This document shows positions 14,234 to 27,635 of a DNA stretch of 64,000 nt, in pieces. Below the pieces are notes generated by a model. It saw nothing but the letters and a program-made list of their open reading frames with translations. It was not told the DNA's origin and ran no database searches. Positions within the stretch are counted from its first letter, which is position 1, and every line of letters begins with the position of its first letter. The stretch comes from Eledone cirrhosa (Eukaryota): positions 365,614,001 through 365,678,000 of the forward strand of contig OZ024743.1 of assembly GCA_964016885.1 (NCBI GenBank). Direction: 5' to 3'. The translations under genes and the position numbers were made by a program.

Positions 14234-14604
14234 TATGTATGTATGTATGTTCTTCTAGTTTTATAATTTTATAAATGTTTACCAATAGAGAGAGAATCGG
14301 TTTCTAACGTAGATACAAGACTCTCTTATTGGAATTTAAACAACATCAACTAGGTAGATATGTATGTCTGCATGTATGCATGTGTGTGCAGGTATGGATG
14401 TCATTGTGTGTGTAGATGTGGATGTTTTGAGTTATATGTGTGCTTTGTATATGCAGTTATTAGATACAGAACTTTTGGAATGTTTTACATATTTTTACAA
14501 GTACAATGGATTGTACTTGTAATTTTCTAACTAGCCATGTTCATTCTGTTTCTGTGAATCCCAACTTCTCCAGATTTGTACTGGGGCATTTACTATCATA
14601 TCCC
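14234..14604 (-). mobile_element. 3' fragment of R4/Dong-like element with (ACAT)n tail
   Basis: Diverged copy of 14605-14990 (TNLEKLGFT...KLQVQSI...KICKTFQ, same 3' UTR hairpin and tail). Confidence 0.85.
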
Positions 14605-17196
14605 ATATATGTATGTATGTTCTTCTGGTTTTATAATTTCACGAATTTTTTCCCAATAGAGAGAGAGTCGCTTTCTAACATAGACACAAGACTCTCTCAT
14701 TGGAATTTACACAACATCAACAAGGTAGATTATGTATGCATGCATGTTATTGTATATGGATGTTATTGTATGTTTGGATGTGTATGTTTTGAGTTGTATG
14801 TGTGCATGTGTATATGCTTAGTATCTGTACATGTGTATATGCAGTTATTAGATGCAAAATTTTGGAATGTTTTACATATTTTTACTGTTCCATTAATGGA
14901 TTGTACTTGTAATTTCCTAACTAGTTGTGTTCTTTCTGTTCCTGTGAAGCCTAGCTTCTCAAGATTTGTATTGAGGGAGTTACTAACATACCCCAGTGCC
15001 CCAATAATCACAGGAATAAATCTGAGGGTGTAATCAGGGTGGAGTATCTGCAGATTTCTCATCATTTTAGCATAAATATTCTCCTTTTCGCTAGTCTTTG
15101 ATATCATATTGGCATCTGCTGGGCAGCTAATTTCCACTACTGTGCATGCTTTCTTCTCCCTGTTCCATATCATAATATCTGGTCTGTTATGCCTGCATTT
15201 TATTGGGGTTTTTACTGGAACATTCCACCAGTACTCCTTCATATTATGTACGTGGATGTCTTCCACATTGTTGTAGCTTTTAATGTGTTTATTATCGGGG
15301 CTATCTTTTTTACGAACTGCATTGTACAGTGTTTTGGCCACTACATCATGCCTCATAGATAGATAGTACCGTGATGACATCTTTGGACAGCTACTGATGA
15401 CATGGGTGATATCCTCGATATTAGTTCTGCAGAGTCTGCACTTGTTGTCACATCTAGGTATTTTGCCTGCATCCCTATCTCTTTTGTGAATCAGGTATTT
15501 CGTGTTGATTTCCTGTTCTTGGATTGCAAAAGCGTATCCTTCAAAGTGGGAGCCAATATAACGGTTGTTGGTCCAAGATAGACTACTTTCCTTATCTATA
15601 TTACTCTCACTCTGGAGCTTCCTGGCAACATGTCCATGCATGACTTTTTGCTGATAAGCATGCAGTTTTTCATCCATGGATTCACTGCGATAGTGCTGAT
15701 TGACTTCCCTGGGTGTGAGTTTTTGATTATCACACAGGGAATACCTCTCGGGGAGTTCCTTCCCAACTCTCATGATCTTACCTGTTTCATGCAAATAGAC
15801 TTGCTCGAGAAGCGGGCTCCTACGCTTCGAGGTTCGTAGATGTTGTCGGAGGGATATGATGCGACATTCAAATGTTGTCTGGACTGATGTTAGGCCTCTG
15901 CCTCCCTGCTTACATTTCAAGTAAAGCCGTTTTTCGCTAACATCTCTCAATTCTTGTTTGAGGGTGATCAGCTTATATTGAAGAGTTCCGGTTCTACTGT
16001 TACCAAACATCACTCTATTTTATTTTTCACTCTTTGTTGGTGAGGAGTGAGGTTTTTTGTGTTTGTTTGCATGTAAGGAGCATTGTCACATGCCCTATGA
16101 TATTTCGTAGGTCAGCAATCTTTTTTTCTATCTTAGTTATATATGATGGTATTTTTGGTGGTGTTTTGTTTTTGGTAATATCTCTGCTATCACCAAGATA
16201 ATGCTTCACTGTCGTTGCTAAGGCATATAAACAGGCGTTGGTTTGCCAAAATGCTGGGGTTTTTATCCATCGTAAATATTCATTCCCTATTTCATCAATA
16301 ACACGTAATATTTTATTATTTGGTTTTTTATTAAACATTGTCGTTTTAATACGTTCAGCAAGAGAGATATTTATACATGAATTAATTTATCTCTGGAAGA
16401 TTTCGTTCAGGAAATTTTCAATTGTTTATATTTTTGATTATTATCATTATCGATAGTATTTTCCACAACAGTCGAGGTAGACTCGAATGGTACACGTGGT
16501 GTCAAATTTCTTCGATTATTATTATTATCGATAGTGTTTTCCCCAGCATTCGAGGTAGACTTAGATGGTACAAGTGGTGTCAAGTTTCTTCCAAGCATAG
16601 TTGTTTCAAGGCGCTGTTCGACCTGGCTGCTAGGAAGTCTAGTAGCATGGCGACCTGTAGCACGTGTTCTTGATCCCATGTTTGTTGTGGGGGACTTACA
16701 ATTAATAATATTTATCTTATTTTTACGTTCAACAAACGTCGCTTGTTGGCGTAATTGTTTGACTGTGAAATAATTTAGCTCTGGGTGCATTTCGTCCCAG
16801 TATAGCTTCACTCTGTTCATATAGCCAATGGAGGGATTGTTTTTTGCCATTTTATAACAATTAAATAAATCATTATTAAATTCGTAACTCCAAGAGAAAT
16901 ACGATTTATAATTTCGGTTTCTTCTGTAGCTACAACTGAATAAAGTTTCTTTACGTTTCTTGTTGTTTGTCTTCGATACTTCCTTAATTTTGTTGTTGAT
17001 GTTGTGTTCAGCCATGCTGTTTGTAGCAAATCCTTGTAAAAGGAATTATGTATTTAGTCGGATATCTCTACGAATTCGAATAAAAGAAGATATAGTTAGA
17101 AGAATAACCAGTTATTCAACATGGCTGTAGTTGTGGCATTACTTAAATTTAATAGTCTCCCACGCCAAAATATGCGACTGATCGCGTTGACTGTTG
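14605..17196 (-). mobile_element. R4/Dong-clade (RLE) non-LTR element, apparently both ends present, RT core deleted
   Basis: ORF pieces 16407-17015 (N-terminal WSY...GYMNRVKLYWDEMHPEL...LRQQA), 16027-16338 and 14763-16013 (RLYL..GGRGL, CRLC...HVISSC, RHD, WWN, RPDI, VEISCP, PVIIGALG). No YxDD RT motif. 3' UTR hairpin and (ACAT)n tail. Confidence 0.85.
14763..16013 (-). CDS. Fused ORF: post-RT domain, CCHC zinc knuckle and restriction-like endonuclease of the R4-like element
   Basis: 416-aa ORF with CRLC..EDITHVISSC, RHD and PD..(D/E)xK-type RLE motifs. Confidence 0.8.
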   Translation of the reverse strand: MMFGNSRTGTLQYKLITLKQELRDVSEKRLYLKCKQGGRGLTSVQTTFECRIISLRQHLRTSKRRSPLLEQVYLHETGKIMRVGKELPERYSLCDNQKLTPREVNQHYRSESMDEKLHAYQQKVMHGHVARKLQSESNIDKESSLSWTNNRYIGSHFEGYAFAIQEQEINTKYLIHKRDRDAGKIPRCDNKCRLCRTNIEDITHVISSCPKMSSRYYLSMRHDVVAKTLYNAVRKKDSPDNKHIKSYNNVEDIHVHNMKEYWWNVPVKTPIKCRHNRPDIMIWNREKKACTVVEISCPADANMISKTSEKENIYAKMMRNLQILHPDYTLRFIPVIIGALGYVSNSLNTNLEKLGFTGTERTQLVRKLQVQSINGTVKICKTFQNFASNNCIYTCTDTKHIHMHTYNSKHTHPNIQ

Positions 17197-19677
17197 TATA
17201 TATGTATTTATGTATGTAGAGAACGAGAGAGAGGTGAGGAGAGTCTGTCAGAGAAAAAATAAGAACAGAAATGCATGTTTTTTTTTAGTGTTATATATTC
17301 CAAATATTCTGTTTGAACTTGAAATATATTGAAGGAATATAAATTTCAGTTTTTATTTAGTGTGGCTGGGCTTATTTTTATCTTGTCAAGTTTACTGTAA
17401 AATTTGATAAATTTATATGGGGAAATGTAAATATTTCATGCAAGTAATCTGCTAGAAATAGCTACTAAACCTTCCTCAAATCATCCCCTATAAGTTTTCA
17501 AAATGAAACACTAAGATGAATAATTCAATCTTACATAAATCTTTTTCTATTTATGAAAGAAAAAGAAATGAAAACAAAAGATGGAATTATCATGGCTAGA
17601 ACGCCTTTGTTTATCATTCTGGCTGATAAATAAATTACAACAAAAACACCACATTAGCAGCAACTCCACCAGCAACTATATTTGTTTTATTTCGGAGTAT
17701 TTTAAAATAAACTCTTGAAATTTTTTGTAAGTACGTAAATATGAATTTTCCTTTTTTCTGCAAAAATCTATTTTACTCTCCATGTCACAACACGCGTTCG
17801 AGTGTTAAACGTTTAACAGCCTTTTACTATGAAAAAGAAAAACCCAAGACATAGTCGAAGTTTTTAATGGTATGAAAGACAATGGTATGAAAATATATAA
17901 ACATTTACATCAAAATAGAAATAATAAAATTTATAAATGCTTACATGTTTGTCTATGGGAGATGAAAGAGCAGATCTGTTAGAACGTTTTCCAATTTGAC
18001 CTCTGTATTCTCGCAGGGTTATATGTTCTTGATGAGGATACAAATTAGACCAAATTTGACTGTAACAAGTCTACGTTCAATATTAAATAATTATAAGAGA
18101 AAGAGGTTAGCGGACGGGGCTTCCTCTATGAGGACGTTCAGCATGCTTCAAATAGTAGGCCAATCTCTTTCAAATTACAAAATATGGAGACATAGGAAGA
18201 TGTAATCCTAGACACATTAATTAAAAGTCTCTTCGATTAGATCTAATATTTGTCTAAACTACAAGAACAAAACAACAACAACCACAAAAAGGGACGATTA
18301 AACTCGGTAGTTGGAGCTGATGCATGATGATATTTATTCACCACATCGTTCTTCCATTCATCTTAAAATCAATTCGGATATCGGAGTTGTCTCCCTCATC
18401 TTCCCTGACAAAAATTATCAATAACAATTTTGTTTTCTCTTTTCACTGCAGATTTATTTGTATTGATTAAATATATGTAGCTCATTACATTAAATGTGCT
18501 AACTCCCACATAACTAAATTTATTTCTGTTTCTAACAGCAATTACTGAGCAGTTACTGCCAGGATATTACAATTCCAGGAGACCAGAATTAATCGCATAT
18601 TTACGTCCTATCAATACATCATTAATAACAACAACAAAAACATACATAAGGACTACCACACCCATTGCTCGAAATAGTAGCCAAACATCCTATCCTAAAA
18701 ATAATATATTACAGTTTCAAAAAGGGAAGGATAAATTGGATAATGCGGCATGTGGATGTACACTACTTAAACAAGTAAAGATGGGATTGTTACAAGTTAA
18801 ACACCTTTGACCATTATGTTCCCACCATCAGAACTGGCCTGGAGCCAAACGACGACAGTAAGAATTCACTACGTTGAAAGCCACTTCATTTTCCATATGG
18901 GGTAATCCACATATAAGTGATTTTCAACACTGACCAATCCCCTTTCCCAATTGGGCCCTATCCAAGACATGGTCTTTCATCCCTTCATCTTATGTTTCCC
19001 ATATTGTAAGCCACATTCGAGGTTCCACATTAAACATTACATCCAGTCTTTCCTCCCTAGAGCATTTGGTCATTTGCAATTCCCTGCCTGCCCATGTTCC
19101 CTTTTTGCTGCAACCATTAATTTGAAGTTGTTTAAAAGGAACATTACCCGAGTCTCTCTCGTCGTTCTCACGAGCGTACTCACATTCTTCAGAGCTAATT
19201 TTTTTATTTTAATGGGCAGAATCAGTAAAAACAGGATCAAAGATGTACACAAAAGAGAAACACTATATTCATGTAGATTCACATGATTAAGAATTGTAAT
19301 ATTTAAAATTCTTTTAAATATTTATGAATTTTCTGAGTATCTCTACGGTAAAGGGCGTGCATGTTTTGTAGTTAAAACGTTCGTTTTGCAAATATGTGGT
19401 CCCGGGTTTGATCCCTAAATATAGAAGTTGGAGCAAGTGCATTTTACAATAGCCTTGGTTTGACCAGAGCCTTTTGAATGGAATTTAGTTAACAAAAATA
19501 ACATGGAGGCTGGTCGGAGGGAAAGTTGCTGTTCTTGAGTGGTAGATTTAATTTATCACCACGTTCCACACTACCTGCCCCTTCGGGGGATTTTAATAGA
19601 GTCCACTGCGTTGTGAACATTCCATCAAGGTCTTCGGTCTGCGAAAAACTTTCTCTTTCTCTGACGAGTTCCGGATA

Positions 19678-19831
19678 CCCTGAAGAAGGTCACAGGCCTT
19701 GCCCTTCCCCCTGTTTAAACTGTAAAAACCCTGAAGAAGGTCATAGGCATTCCCCTTCCCCCCTGTTTAAACCGTAAAAACCCTGAAGAAGGTCACATGC
19801 CTTGCCCTTCCCCCCTGTTAAACCGTAAAAA
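19678..19831 (+). repeat. Three tandem 51-52 bp units
   Basis: CCCTGAAGAAGGTCA...CCCTGTTTAAAC(C/T)GTAAAAA units starting at 19678, 19729 and 19781. Confidence 0.9.
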
Positions 19832-20275
19832 ATAGAAGCGTCATTTACTGTATTTGTTTTTGATTTTAAAGCTAACATGGTGAGTTTGTTACTTCTAAAC
19901 ATCTGGCAACGGATGTTTCTGTTGAAAGATGCATTAATTTAATTTAGGAACATTGTAAACTATAGTGAACAGGGAGGAAATGATTTGAAGCTATGTATAA
20001 GGCACCTGGTCATATATTTGCTCATGTAGAGACATCCATATATACGTAAATGCACACATATATATAGGTATATACATATATGCATGTGTATGCGTATGTG
20101 TAGGAAGTGAGTGTATCTTCGTGTGTGTGTGTGTGTGTGTGTGTATGTATATGTTTGCATTAATTTACATTATTCATTCTTTCTCCATTTTTTTTTTATC
20201 TTTCGTAATTCTTCTAAAATATTTTGCTCCATCGTTTTCATTCCCGCTTTTCTCTTCTCTTACCTTCTGTTCTCT

Positions 20276-20306
<31 letters not shown>

Positions 20307-20602
20307 AAACTCCTCTCATTTCTCATTTCATGCTTTAGATACCCTCTCTCCGTTCTTCTGTTCAATATGCGGTTCTATTTTAACCCGACGTTTTGCTATA
20401 CACATAGCAATCAGCAGTTTACAGCTAACCCCCACCCTTCACCCCGCTGAGATTCCTACAATTTATGAAAATTCGTATACACTCATCACTTCAATCTTTT
20501 TCAATTAATGAGTATATGTAAATATATATATATACTCATGCATGTACGTGTGAGGGGGGTTACACATTACGCCTTGTACACCCCTACACATATGTATATA
20601 CA

Positions 20603-21198
20603 TGATGGCTGCCCCCTCGTTATCGAGTATGGCCATTGCACGATATACCATTATTAATAATTATTAATTAATTCTATCGTGCAATGCCTGTGCGTGAAGA
20701 TCTTTTTAAAGTGAGGAAAGACTGTGCACTGAGCCAATCCCACTCTCTGAGCGACAGTAGCTATAACCCGAAAAGAAGAAAAGATCAACATCATCGGTAA
20801 CTACTGAGCCGCAGGTTTTATATCGGAGTTATCCCAGTTTCCTGAGTTCCCTTCTCCTAGAAGAATGCCATTACAAAGGCTAGGCGTCCTTCACTCCCAG
20901 TGGTTTAACCACGTGATCGGGTATCCAGCCCGACTATTTCTATGTCCCCACGCATATACATACACATGCACATACATATGTACATGTGTATATACATATT
21001 TACACATTTTTGGATGGCCGTTGACTCTTCTGAGTTCTCCCGCCCTTTTCAGATTTTGTTTTTTGTCCTGCAGGGTGTCCAAAATCACCCTCCTCACCTA
21101 GTAAACTTGGTGGGGTTGCCGGTTTAGTCGCCGACGACTCGACCGTGAGGCAGGTTGTACTGGGTTCCATGTTACCAGTATCACTCGAGCAACCTGAC
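20603..21198 (-). mobile_element. Non-autonomous bipartite RTE-derived element
   Basis: Minus strand has an RTE-like 5' UTR piece (CTAGGAGAAGGGAACTC) and a terminal stem-loop GGCCATACTCG-ATAA-CGAGGGGGCAGCC; both ends are homologous to 25418-26026; flanked by (ACAT)n-like repeats. Confidence 0.7.
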
Positions 21199-21247
21199 AT
21201 ACATACATACATACATACATACATACATACATACATACATACATACA

Positions 21248-21432
21248 TAATTGTTTCTACTTTAGGCACAAGGCCAGCAATTATCCAGTGCATTACTGGT
21301 ACTTTATTTTATCAACCCCGTAAGGATGAAAGGCAAAGTCAACCTCGGCGGGATTTGAACTCAGATCATAAAGGGACGTAACTATGCTGGAAAGCATGGC
21401 GTCCGACCCTCTACCGATACTGCCAATCCACA
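21248..21432 (-). mobile_element. SINE family A
   Basis: Near-identical to other family A copies. Confidence 0.9.
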
Positions 21433-22724
21433 ATAATATATATTTCCATGATGAGACAAGAAAGTTATATTGTTCAAATCGGATTCAACAGTCATCGGTC
21501 AATCAAATGACTAATCTATGCAAAAGTAGTAAAGGCGGTTATTAACTAAGAAATACTATATCATAACACACCAACTCTACTACTCCCTTTATGTTTCACT
21601 CCAACTAAATCTACCGTCACCATAAGCTTTTTTATTACCTTATATATGAATCATCATATGCGTTCTATGATTTAGAAGATCGCAAAAGAATTTAATTAAT
21701 AATATGGAGGAGGATTAATGTATGAAACAAATGAAATTTAGTCATAGAGAGAAACATGATAACTTAGATTAAATGAAGAATTTCAGAAAATATCATGGCA
21801 TTTTCCGCGTCCCTCGTACGACTGTGTCATGATTTTTTTTAAAGAGTTTGAATGTTAAAAAGCAGAAAAAAATATTTAAAAAAAAACTCTATGAAAAATA
21901 CTAATACTTAATTATAATGATATCATCTCTGAAGTGAATCCCGGAAGTTTGTCGTGAAATTTAATGACATTAACACAGTGTCACTTCCGGTTATTCATAA
22001 GTCAGCTTGTAAAACAGTGGATAAGTTTGTTATTATACTTTTTTTTAGATAAGCTAGAAGACGGTCGAATGGCAATGTCGTCAGGGTGGGGATAAAATGA
22101 GTTGCCATATTTGTTCTGGTTCACCCCATTCTGCGTTCAAATCTCACTGAGATTTATTTTGCTTTTCCTTCTTTGGGAGTCAATAAAGAATGTACCATCC
22201 CCTCCCAGTACTGGTGTAACAATCTATCCCTCTAGGTATTGGATCTTGGATATATCACTGTCAAAATTGTAAGTTTCGAGGGGGTGGCTGTGTCTATGAC
22301 TACATCGCCGTCTAAAAAATTAGCGAAAGTATAGTACATGTGACAAAACCATCCTCAATTGCAAGTGACGGTCGTAAAAGGGGATTATTTGAAACATTAT
22401 GAATTTAAAAACTCCTGTTCGTAGCGTGTATCTGAAAAGACGTTTAAATTGTATAGAAGTAACAGGACATTTACTCAGAGTTTGTGCTTCGTATTTGATA
22501 TCCTATTTCGAGATATAAATTCATCCACAATTCTTTCTTTCATCAATAGTGATAGAGAATAATGGATGCGCTGCTGAATATATTGAATTACATTCCATTA
22601 AGTTCTCAGCGTTGCTTTCCATATTTTTAAGCACTAGTTTTTAAGTAGCAGATGAAGTAATGACAGCCATGCTGCATATGTTCTCACTCTTTTCTTTGGT
22701 TTTTCCATCACTACTACAATGTTC

Positions 22725-22960
22725 TCTGTTCCTCAGATTTAACTGACCTCATGCCACTTCTGCTCAGGCACTCCCACCTCACTCGTCTCTCCTACAATCA
22801 TCAGCCATATTGTGTTCAACCAACAGGCTCCGTACTGACCAATACGTTCGGCTTTTCCTCCCGAGAACATCATCCTTCGGCAATTCTCTCGTCGCACATG
22901 TCTTTCCTGCAGTAGTCGACCTGAAACAATGCAAACTAAACATCAACTGCATCAATCTCA
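22725..22960 (+). pseudogene. 3' end of a degenerate LINE ORF2 (CR1/Jockey/I-group-like)
   Basis: CSSDLTDLMP...TR...H / RTDQYVRLFLPRTSSFGNSLVAHVFPAVVDLKQCKLNIN matches the SF.PRT..WNSLP..VFP...L..FK..N pattern typical of LINE ORF2 C-termini. Confidence 0.55.
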
Positions 22961-23557
22961 AGGGTAACGAAGGGCTTTCAAAAGTCATGAGTAGAATGAG
23001 TACAGCTCTATCCTCTAAATCAGAGGTTTACGACCAAGTAATACCTTCATCGCCCCAAACGTATTTCCCGAGAGACTTGCCTACATACAAATTGTAAATA
23101 ATATATAATAAATAATATATATACTATGTATCATTTGATATTTAATATACTATTATATCATCTCTACCACCCCCACCCTCGGGGTGCGGTAATGCCCACT
23201 TTGAGAACCTCTGCTCTAAACCTAGCAAAAATATTGCAATCATTTAAATGAATTTTTTTCCCTGCAGACATATAATATGTCCATAAAATAAACACTTGTC
23301 AAGTATTGTATTCAATATATTTGACAGTTGCTTACGCTGCAGAATATGGCCTATGATAGAAAGGCGGTCAATTTTCAGAACTGTTACAGTATCAGATAAA
23401 ATGCTTTGCGGCATTTATTCCAACTTGTTCCATTTGTGTTCAAACCTCGCCAATGTACCTATTACCCTTCCGGGTCGATTTAATAAAATATCTATCAATA
23501 CAGGAGTTGATGTAATTGACTCCCCACACAAACACATTGCCTAAATTAAAAACCATT

Positions 23558-23753
23558 GGTGGATTGGCAGTATCGGTAGAGGGTCGGACGCCATGCTTTC
23601 CAGGATAGTTACGTCCCATAACGATCTGAGTTCAAATCCCGCCGAGGTTGACTTTGCCTTTCATCCTTACGGGGTCGATAAAATAAAGTACCAGTAATGC
23701 ACTGGGTAATTGCTGGCCTTGTGCCAAAAGTAGAAACAATTATTATTATTATT
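23558..23753 (+). mobile_element. SINE family A with (TTA)n tail
   Basis: Full-length copy with A/B boxes, core and tail. Confidence 0.9.
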
Positions 23754-24984
23754 CACAGAAACTTCAAAATCTCAGATAAAAATAGGCGGGAATAATATTT
23801 TTTACAGTAGCAAATATGAAACATTTAAAACGACGACAATATCAACAGGATAGAGCTTAGCAGGAGTGCCATTTCCGTTTTTGCCTCAGCGTAACTTTAC
23901 AAAGACAAATTACAAAAGAATCACGATATCAACCATAAATCAGACAAATTGATAATTTCTAATATAGATACAATGCTACATCGTTTAGGGTACTTCAATT
24001 CCATACTTGATTGTTACTTATTTTTTACTCGAAAAGGATGGATCAAGTTAAATTCAGCCGAAATTGAACTAAGCACATAAAAGGCCATAACTAAATATTC
24101 GGGTACCTGACTGGCACTTATTTTATTGAGGCCATCTTGTTAATAGATAAAATTGACTTTAACAGAAGCGAACTCAGAACAGGAAGGTACGTAATTAGAT
24201 AGCTCTGTACTAGGCAAGTACTTATTTTATCGACCACAGAATGATGAGAGGTAAGGTTAACTAACCAGACTTACATTCAGAAAATGGAGGTAACTATAGA
24301 CCACAAGGTAGTTTGACAGACGTTTTACCAATGACCTTTAAACTTATTTAACCATTCAGGGGATGATGAAATAACAGAATCATTTGAGCATCAGAAAATA
24401 TCCCTTGCAGTATTTATTTTTATTTAGGTATTTTACGTTGTAAGTCGAAAGTCCCACTTCACCGAGGCCACCTTTGCTTTCCATCTTTCCAGGGCCGATA
24501 ATATAAAGTCCAAATCAAGTACCAGGGTGGATTTAAATAATGTGAACCTTTCTCCAAATTTCTGGCCTTGCGTCTATGTTAGAATCAATTATTTGACGAT
24601 ACAAATAAGAAGAAAGAAATATAAATGCAAAATTTTATATTTCTATATATTATAGTTTCCCTTCTATTCATCCCATTACCTTTAATGTATAAATATCTTT
24701 ATCCTGCTTCTTCAGTTCATCTGTTCACTGCATGTCAGTCTATTTCATCATCCCTAATATCCATAGATTTTCATACTTCCATTTCCACCATACGCGCACG
24801 CGCACTTACATCCTTAAGGTTCTGCCTCATCTGCTGTACTCAGTTTCCCAAAAGAGGAACCCAAATACCAGACTGAAACGTTGATGTCTCGTCCTGGCTA
24901 ATGGCTTTATAGATGAGTGATCAAAGATACCTCAGACATTTGTATAGCATATATATATATATATATACATACATACATTTGTAT

Positions 24985-25090
<106 letters not shown>

Positions 25091-25272
25091 TGTATATGTA
25101 TATATGTATACGCATGCACACACAAACATAAATACACACACACACACGTATTAATATGTCTGGAAAACCACAAACCCAGTTATTACAATGAGTCAATATG
25201 CATCATGTGTGGTTAAGGAGATATGTATACGACTATAGACACATTAACAAACACCTACACATACAACATATA

Positions 25273-25350
25273 TTGGGTCGTCAAATATGAAATTTGTAGA
25301 AATTTGTTTTTTTCCACAACTTTCTACAAATTTTATACTTGATGACCCAA
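25273..25350. mobile_element. 78-bp mariner-like MITE (MADE-type)
   Basis: ~30-bp imperfect TIRs TTGGGTCGTCAAATATGAAATTTGTAGAAA / TTTCTACAAATTTTATACTTGATGACCCAA flanked by TA. Confidence 0.75.
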
Positions 25351-25417
25351 TATATATGGGTTACATGTTACCAGTATCATTCGAGAGCGACCTGACATAC
25401 ATACATACATACATACA

Positions 25418-26026
25418 TGGTGGCTGCCAACTCGTTTTCGAGTACGGCCACTACTTTATATCCATGTAGGAGAACCCCTACCGATACGCTGAACGAGTGT
25501 GACTTTTTAGTCCAGCCAGCGACTTGAAAACTCTGGTACAAACACTACACTTGTGACAATTATTGACACACAGTGCTGGGCCCAAGGTACCATGTGATGA
25601 CAAGTGCAGAGAGATCTCCAGATATAAAGCAATGCCTGTGCCATGAAGCTTTTATAGTGAGCAAAGGCATTGCACAAAGCCAGTCCCACTCTCTTAACCA
25701 AGATGATATTTACCAAAAAGAAGAACAAGTGAACATCATTGGATACCATCAGGGTTGCAGGTGTTATATCAGAGTTTTCCTTCTCCTAGAATTCTGCCTT
25801 GACAAAGGCTAAGGGGTCATCTCTCCCGGTGATTTTGGAAGGCCATTGACTCTTAAGAGCTCCTTTTCCCTTTGACAGGTTTTGTTTTTAGTCCTGCAGG
25901 ATGTCCAAAGTCACCCTCCTCACCAAGAAACCTTGGTGGGGTTGCCAGTTTAGTCGCCAACGACCCGACCATGAGACAGGTTGTACTGTGATACATGTTA
26001 CCAGTAGCACCAACTGGTGAGCTGAC
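25418..26026 (-). mobile_element. Internally deleted RTE-clade element
   Basis: Minus strand: 5' UTR motif CTAGGAGAAGGAAAACTCTGA, ORF-end C2H2-type finger HKCSVCTRVFKSLAGLKSHTRS, 3' stem-loop, (TGTA)n on both sides. Confidence 0.8.
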
Positions 26027-26273
26027 ACAACATACATACATACATACATACATACATACATACATACATACATACATACATACATACATACATACATACA
26101 TACATGCATACATATTATTAATATATTATTAATATATAATATATATTTCCATGTTGAGGCAAGAAGATATATATATGTACTGGGTTACATGTTACCAATA
26201 TCACTCGAGAGCGACCTGACATACATACATACATACATACATACATACATACATACATACATACATACATACA

Positions 26274-26304
<31 letters not shown>

Positions 26305-26424
26305 TATTAATATATTATTAATATATAATATATATTTTCATGGTGAGACAAGAAAGTTATATTGTTCAAATCCGATTCAACAGTCATTGGTCAATCAAAT
26401 GACTAATCTATGCAAAAGTATATA

Positions 26425-26680
26425 TCCTCATCATCACTCGTCGACTACTGTCGAGATGATGGATCTCACTCTCATGCCCCAGAATCCCCTGTCCCCCATC
26501 GCTGCCCCCAGGTCCTGTCTGCTGATTCCCGTATCCCTAGAGATAACGTCAGGGAATGACAGATTCCTACTCCTAGTCAGGCTGGAGTCAGGGTTCCAGA
26601 GCAAGAGAGCGGATATGATTTCATTGCTGGCAGGGTGACAGTGGCCAGCAAATTGAGCTCTCCAGGATTTTAGAAGGGCA
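26425..26680 (-). pseudogene. RTE-clade ORF2 3' end
   Basis: Minus strand WRAQFAGHCHPASNEIISALLLWNP...FPDVISRDTGISRQDLGAAMGDRGFWGMRV...*, followed by a short (TGA)n tail. Confidence 0.8.
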
Positions 26681-26854
26681 GTATATATATGTATATATAT
26701 ACATATATAAAGTATATATATGTATGTTATGTATTTATGTATGTATCCCTTGATAAACCTGTTTCTACATCATCCACTCTCATCCCAGGAACAGTTTTGA
26801 TAGCGCTAGTTTGTGATTTAAATTCAGGAATTTTATATTCTTTGAATGAAAAGA

Positions 26855-26937
26855 ACCTCTGACGAGAACCTCTCTTTGCAACGAAGGCCGTATGGTCTCC
26901 GTTTTATTTTTGGGATTCGAAACCGATCGGTAAAGGT
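26855..26937 (+). ncRNA. Type I hammerhead motif with long stem II loop
   Basis: ACCT-CTGACGA-GAACC...GGATTC-GAAA-CCGATCGG-TA-AAGGT; palindromic stem III, one extra A before stem I. Confidence 0.65.
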
Positions 26938-27004
26938 AACTATAGTAGGTAAAGTCAATATTTTAAAATTTATTTTGAAACTTTTTCATTATTTGCTAAA
27001 CCTT

Positions 27005-27062
<58 letters not shown>

Positions 27063-27071
27063 AGGTTGCTA

Positions 27072-27635
27072 GGATGCATCCATAGGCGGTATGCCGGTTG
27101 AGCACTCTATGCTCCTTCGGAGCAGAGTATGATAATATGGAAAACGAAGAATCAGTGATGCATCGGAACACAATTTATTACGTAATACAATTGTTTCTCC
27201 GGCGAACAGCTTGAGGTGCGATCTGTTTGTGGATCGAACCTGACTCTGGATTCGCAAGTTCCTCAGATACGTCTAGTGATTTCGAAGCAAATTCTCTTTC
27301 TGCTGGACTCCGACCCTTCGAATTTTTATCATCTGCCATCATCCTGTTTGTGCGGCACTTAGATTGGTTGATAGTTCGTGACATCATCATAGTGCTTGAC
27401 CATTGAAATCTGCCCACTGGCCATTTCCATTCAGGCGTGAGTGTCACTCACCCCAAACACGTCGCCATAGATTACTGGTGTGTGTAGGATAGTTGTTATG
27501 AATTCTGATGTCCTTCCCTTGCTTGCCTGCCTCCCCATACAAACAGATCGCACTTCGAGCTGTTCGCCGGAGCAACAATTGTAATACGTAATAAATTTGT
27601 GTTCCGATGCATCACTGATTCTTCGTTTTCCATAT

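Noticed and set aside
14654-14706. Hairpin in the R4 3' UTR as a SECIS element
   Set aside because: It has ATGA and an AAA loop on the minus strand but lacks the correctly placed 3' GA, and no in-frame TGA readthrough is evident; more likely an RT-recognition stem-loop.
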